A stretch of DNA of 52,656 bases, the filler included, from Catajapyx aquilonaris (Eukaryota), in NCBI GenBank assembly GCA_000934665.2. It is 2 parts of 2 records of this genome, joined end to end, with 100 filler letters (N's around TTAATTAATTAA, not from the genome) between each part and the next. Parts side by side here need not be neighbours in the genome. Positions count along the whole stretch, not along the records: positions 26,376 to 52,656 come from JYFJ02005229.1; 1 more part is not named here. One strand, given 5' to 3'. The position numbers and the translations under genes were made by a program. The notes under the pieces are model-generated. The model worked only from the letters and a program-made list of their open reading frames with translations, made no database searches and was not told where the DNA came from. Of the stretch, positions 49,632-52,656 are shown one piece after another (within the stretch, counting starts at the first letter, position 1; every line of letters starts with the position of its first letter).

Positions 49632-51807
49632 GTACAGTACTTATTCACATTCGGTCCTGGCAGGCTGGGGTGCTGAGTGGTAACAGTGTTGCCAATAATT
49701 ATCGGCAACCCTCGTACTACAACCAAAGTCTTATTATGCGAAATTGGACAGCACTAACATGATGACAGCAAAGAGAGATGTACTTTTTTTATTATTATTT
49801 ATTTATTTCCTTCACGGCATATTCCCATCAAGATGGGGTTACCAGCGATGACCAGGTAGGCCTTACAGTCCACCTGGCCATCTCGAACGACCAGTATAAT
49901 GAATCCTCTGGTGACTGGTCAGGCCACGCAGAGGATATAATGAATAGGATGATAATGAAAAGGATGACATGAATACATACAGATACACAAACACACACAC
50001 AATACACACATATAAATATACAAAAAACCATATAAAACTATGTAAAATCTGTGTAAAAATGAGTCTCCGGTGCTGAGCCATGTTGGGGATGGAACAACCA
50101 CTCTTGTGACCTTCCAGTCCAACAGCCAGGCACAGAATGGATTGTTGATGGCGATGTAAACAACGAGAACACCCAGGAAGAGTCCATCCAAAGAGCAGAG
50201 ATGTACTAATTCCCGTTATTGGAAGGAAGCTTAAGAATATAAAGGGAAGAATACAGTTGGATGTCTGTTATCACTATCTTGCTAACCACGAATAAATGTG
50301 TTGTCTTTTTGAACTTTGACTGACACTGAGCATATTAGCAAACCTTTTCATAACTGGAGCATAAAAGACCTAATGCCTATCTAGGCTTTTTCTGAAGTAG
50401 AGGTGAGTGTGTGGCTTTTTGATAAGGTTATTGTCAATCTAAATCATATCTATTCTAGAATCTAGAATCTCGGCATTCATCCCTATCAGTTTCTGATAGG
50501 AGATGCTGAATATCAAGTTGTTGTCATGTCATTGTTGAGATGGGAGTGATAAGCAGCTCTCCTCAGGAGGAAGTGCACAGTCATATCCTGTTGAGTCAAG
50601 AGGAACAAAGTTTAACTCAAACTGACCACTTATTACGACTTATCTTATCATGGATCAACAAGGTGGATGGGAGTGGGTGGAGGGGACAATAAGGGGCACA
50701 AGTCTATAGAGATGACTGGTGGGAGGTAATTCTGACTGACCAGTCAAGAAGTAAGGAGGGTGTATCTGACGTGAGGGTCTGGTGAGCTGGAAGTAAGGCA
50801 ATGGAAACCTACTCTTATGGTTGACCTTATTGCAGGTTTCAGGTGAAAGGCTATATTGCTAGAAGATCACAGACGTCTTTAGGGTGATCCACCCTGCCTC
50901 TTGACCAGGATGATGTACCAAAAGTTACTGCTGCCAGGTCTGGCAATGGTCTTCATTCTTGGTTCCACCCTGGTGAGTGGACACCCAGCAGTGTATAAGT
51001 GTATTAACTTTGTGGTAGCTGGCAATTGTTCCTACTGATGACATGGTTGACATTCCACTCAGAAGTCACATTTACATGATGTTCTCATCCATCATGGCTC
51101 TGAGAAGAACTTATATTTTCAGGGGTATGGTAGGGGATCAGCCCTCCTGCATGCAGCATTACATTTAGGATGTAGTGCCTAGTTCTTCCTCTTCCCATGT
51201 TCACTCCATGAGCCTCTTGTATTGCATCTGAGTTATGTATAATATACCTTGGATTAGGTATTGCCAATGATCCAATGATACACAAGATATTTCAACTGAA
51301 ATGATCATAGTGATTACAGATTCTTTGGTTCCATGCTGCTGCTTTTTGAGCAGTTATTGGTGTTACTTTTGGCAGTTGTCAGAATATTAGCTGAAGTATT
51401 TATTCAGGCTCTTTCTGACCATGACTTGAGGCCAGTGGTTGGACTCATTACATAATCTTGCATTAGGTAAAAAGGATTCCATAAACTTATAATATTTCAG
51501 ATAACCTCTGAGAGTATAGCTGGCATGTAACTGCTTAAAGATTTCGTGCAAAAAACTCTCTAACCATTAGTCACAATGAAGTTGGAACACACAGTTACTG
51601 TGTAGACAACACTGCGTCAGTGTCGTTCTAAGCTGTGGAATACTCTAATAAGATTATTACTGAATGTGGTGCAGTTAGCTCTACAACATTCGGTACAGTA
51701 CAACGCAATATGCAGAATTCCTATAGTTATGTTTCAATGTTATCAGTCAAATATTCCAATGCATATACCACAGCACAATGTCAGAGCTGATGCATTTTTT
51801 TTTCTAG

Positions 51808-51958
51808 GTGCAGGTGGAGAGTAAATGTGTAATATATGATGAATGTGATTCAAATAACGGAATTCCATGTGTTAATAACACAGAGCCTATTGTGCTGGAG
51901 GAAGAAGAAGGAAGGAAGGCATTTACAGCACTATGTCCTGATTTGGCAAAAGTGTTGG
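51808..51958 (+). CDS. N-terminal-domain exon of a second NPC1-like gene (tandem paralogue, partial)
   Basis: tttctag|VQVESKCVIYDECDSNNGIPCVNNTEPIVLEEEEGRKAFTALCPDLAKVL G|gtgaga; same Cys pattern and same 0/1 phases as exon 28373-28511. Confidence 0.8.
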
Positions 51959-52656
51959 GTGAGAATTCTTACAGCAAATGAATTTTGCTGTAATAGGGAA
52001 TTAGTGTAGCAAATATGGTATAGCAAGCATATTTAGGTTATCATGCCAAGAAGGAACAATGTGGCAAGTTTTATCAGCTAGCTTTATACCTGAAAATTTA
52101 AGACAGGTGAGTTGCCCTACCCTGCCTACCTTATGGGCTTTTTGTGTAGTTCTGGCCTGGACCATTTGTGGGTTATGAGGAATTGCTGGAGGCATAATCC
52201 CTTACAATTTAATGCCTTACATTAACAGATTTTGTGCAAAACATCAGTCAATGTACAGTCTAAAGCTGCAGAGGCGGCCTTGTGAAAATATTTTAAACTC
52301 ATCTACAAACAGACATATGCTTGTAGTAGTCAGCATGGCATCAGCCACAAGTTGCAAATATTTGCCTACAAGATTAAACAGCTTAAGGCACATTGCAAAC
52401 TCCTGTAGGCACTTCAGTTAGGCACTCTATATTCAGTACATTTTGTACATAGAAGAACATAGGGATGTTTCTTTTTCAGCCGGGGAAGGATGGAAGACAT
52501 GCTGCACAACGAAGCAAATCAAAACTTTCCAGAACTCGATTGCTTTACCTCGTAGCATATTGGGTCGATGCCCTACTTGTTTCCGAAACTTCCTGCAGAA
52601 CACTTGCAATCTCTTGTGCTCCTCGCAGCAATCTGAGTTCATAGAGGTTACAAGCA

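Overview
Eukaryotic, AT-rich, transposon-dense animal DNA, probably arthropod (inferred from the NPC1 sequence and TE types). Main host gene: a + strand NPC1 (Niemann-Pick C1) sterol transporter. Its 18 hand-traced GT-AG exons (28373-43610) splice in frame to 1317 aa; the signal-peptide exon was not located. A second, diverged NPC1-like N-terminal exon at 51808-51958 suggests a tandem paralogue continuing beyond the window. Between them is a full-length Merlin (IS1595/ISXO2-like) DNA transposon (44930-47738). Its transposase is split by a 1.28 kb GT-AG interval flanked by an AGGTA duplication and folding into a long inverted-repeat hairpin; this is the most unusual feature. Upstream are an intact 5-coding-exon gene of unrecognised family (15782-17009, 263 aa, three helical repeats), candidate minus-strand exons, a ~1 kb tandem duplication, nested kb-scale palindromes and an assembly gap. 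Small TEs include hAT, PIF/Harbinger, Tc1/mariner/pogo, Kolobok-like and P-like MITEs, a Helitron, tRNA-SINEs and V-domain SINEs. All coordinates were read by eye; no database searches were run.
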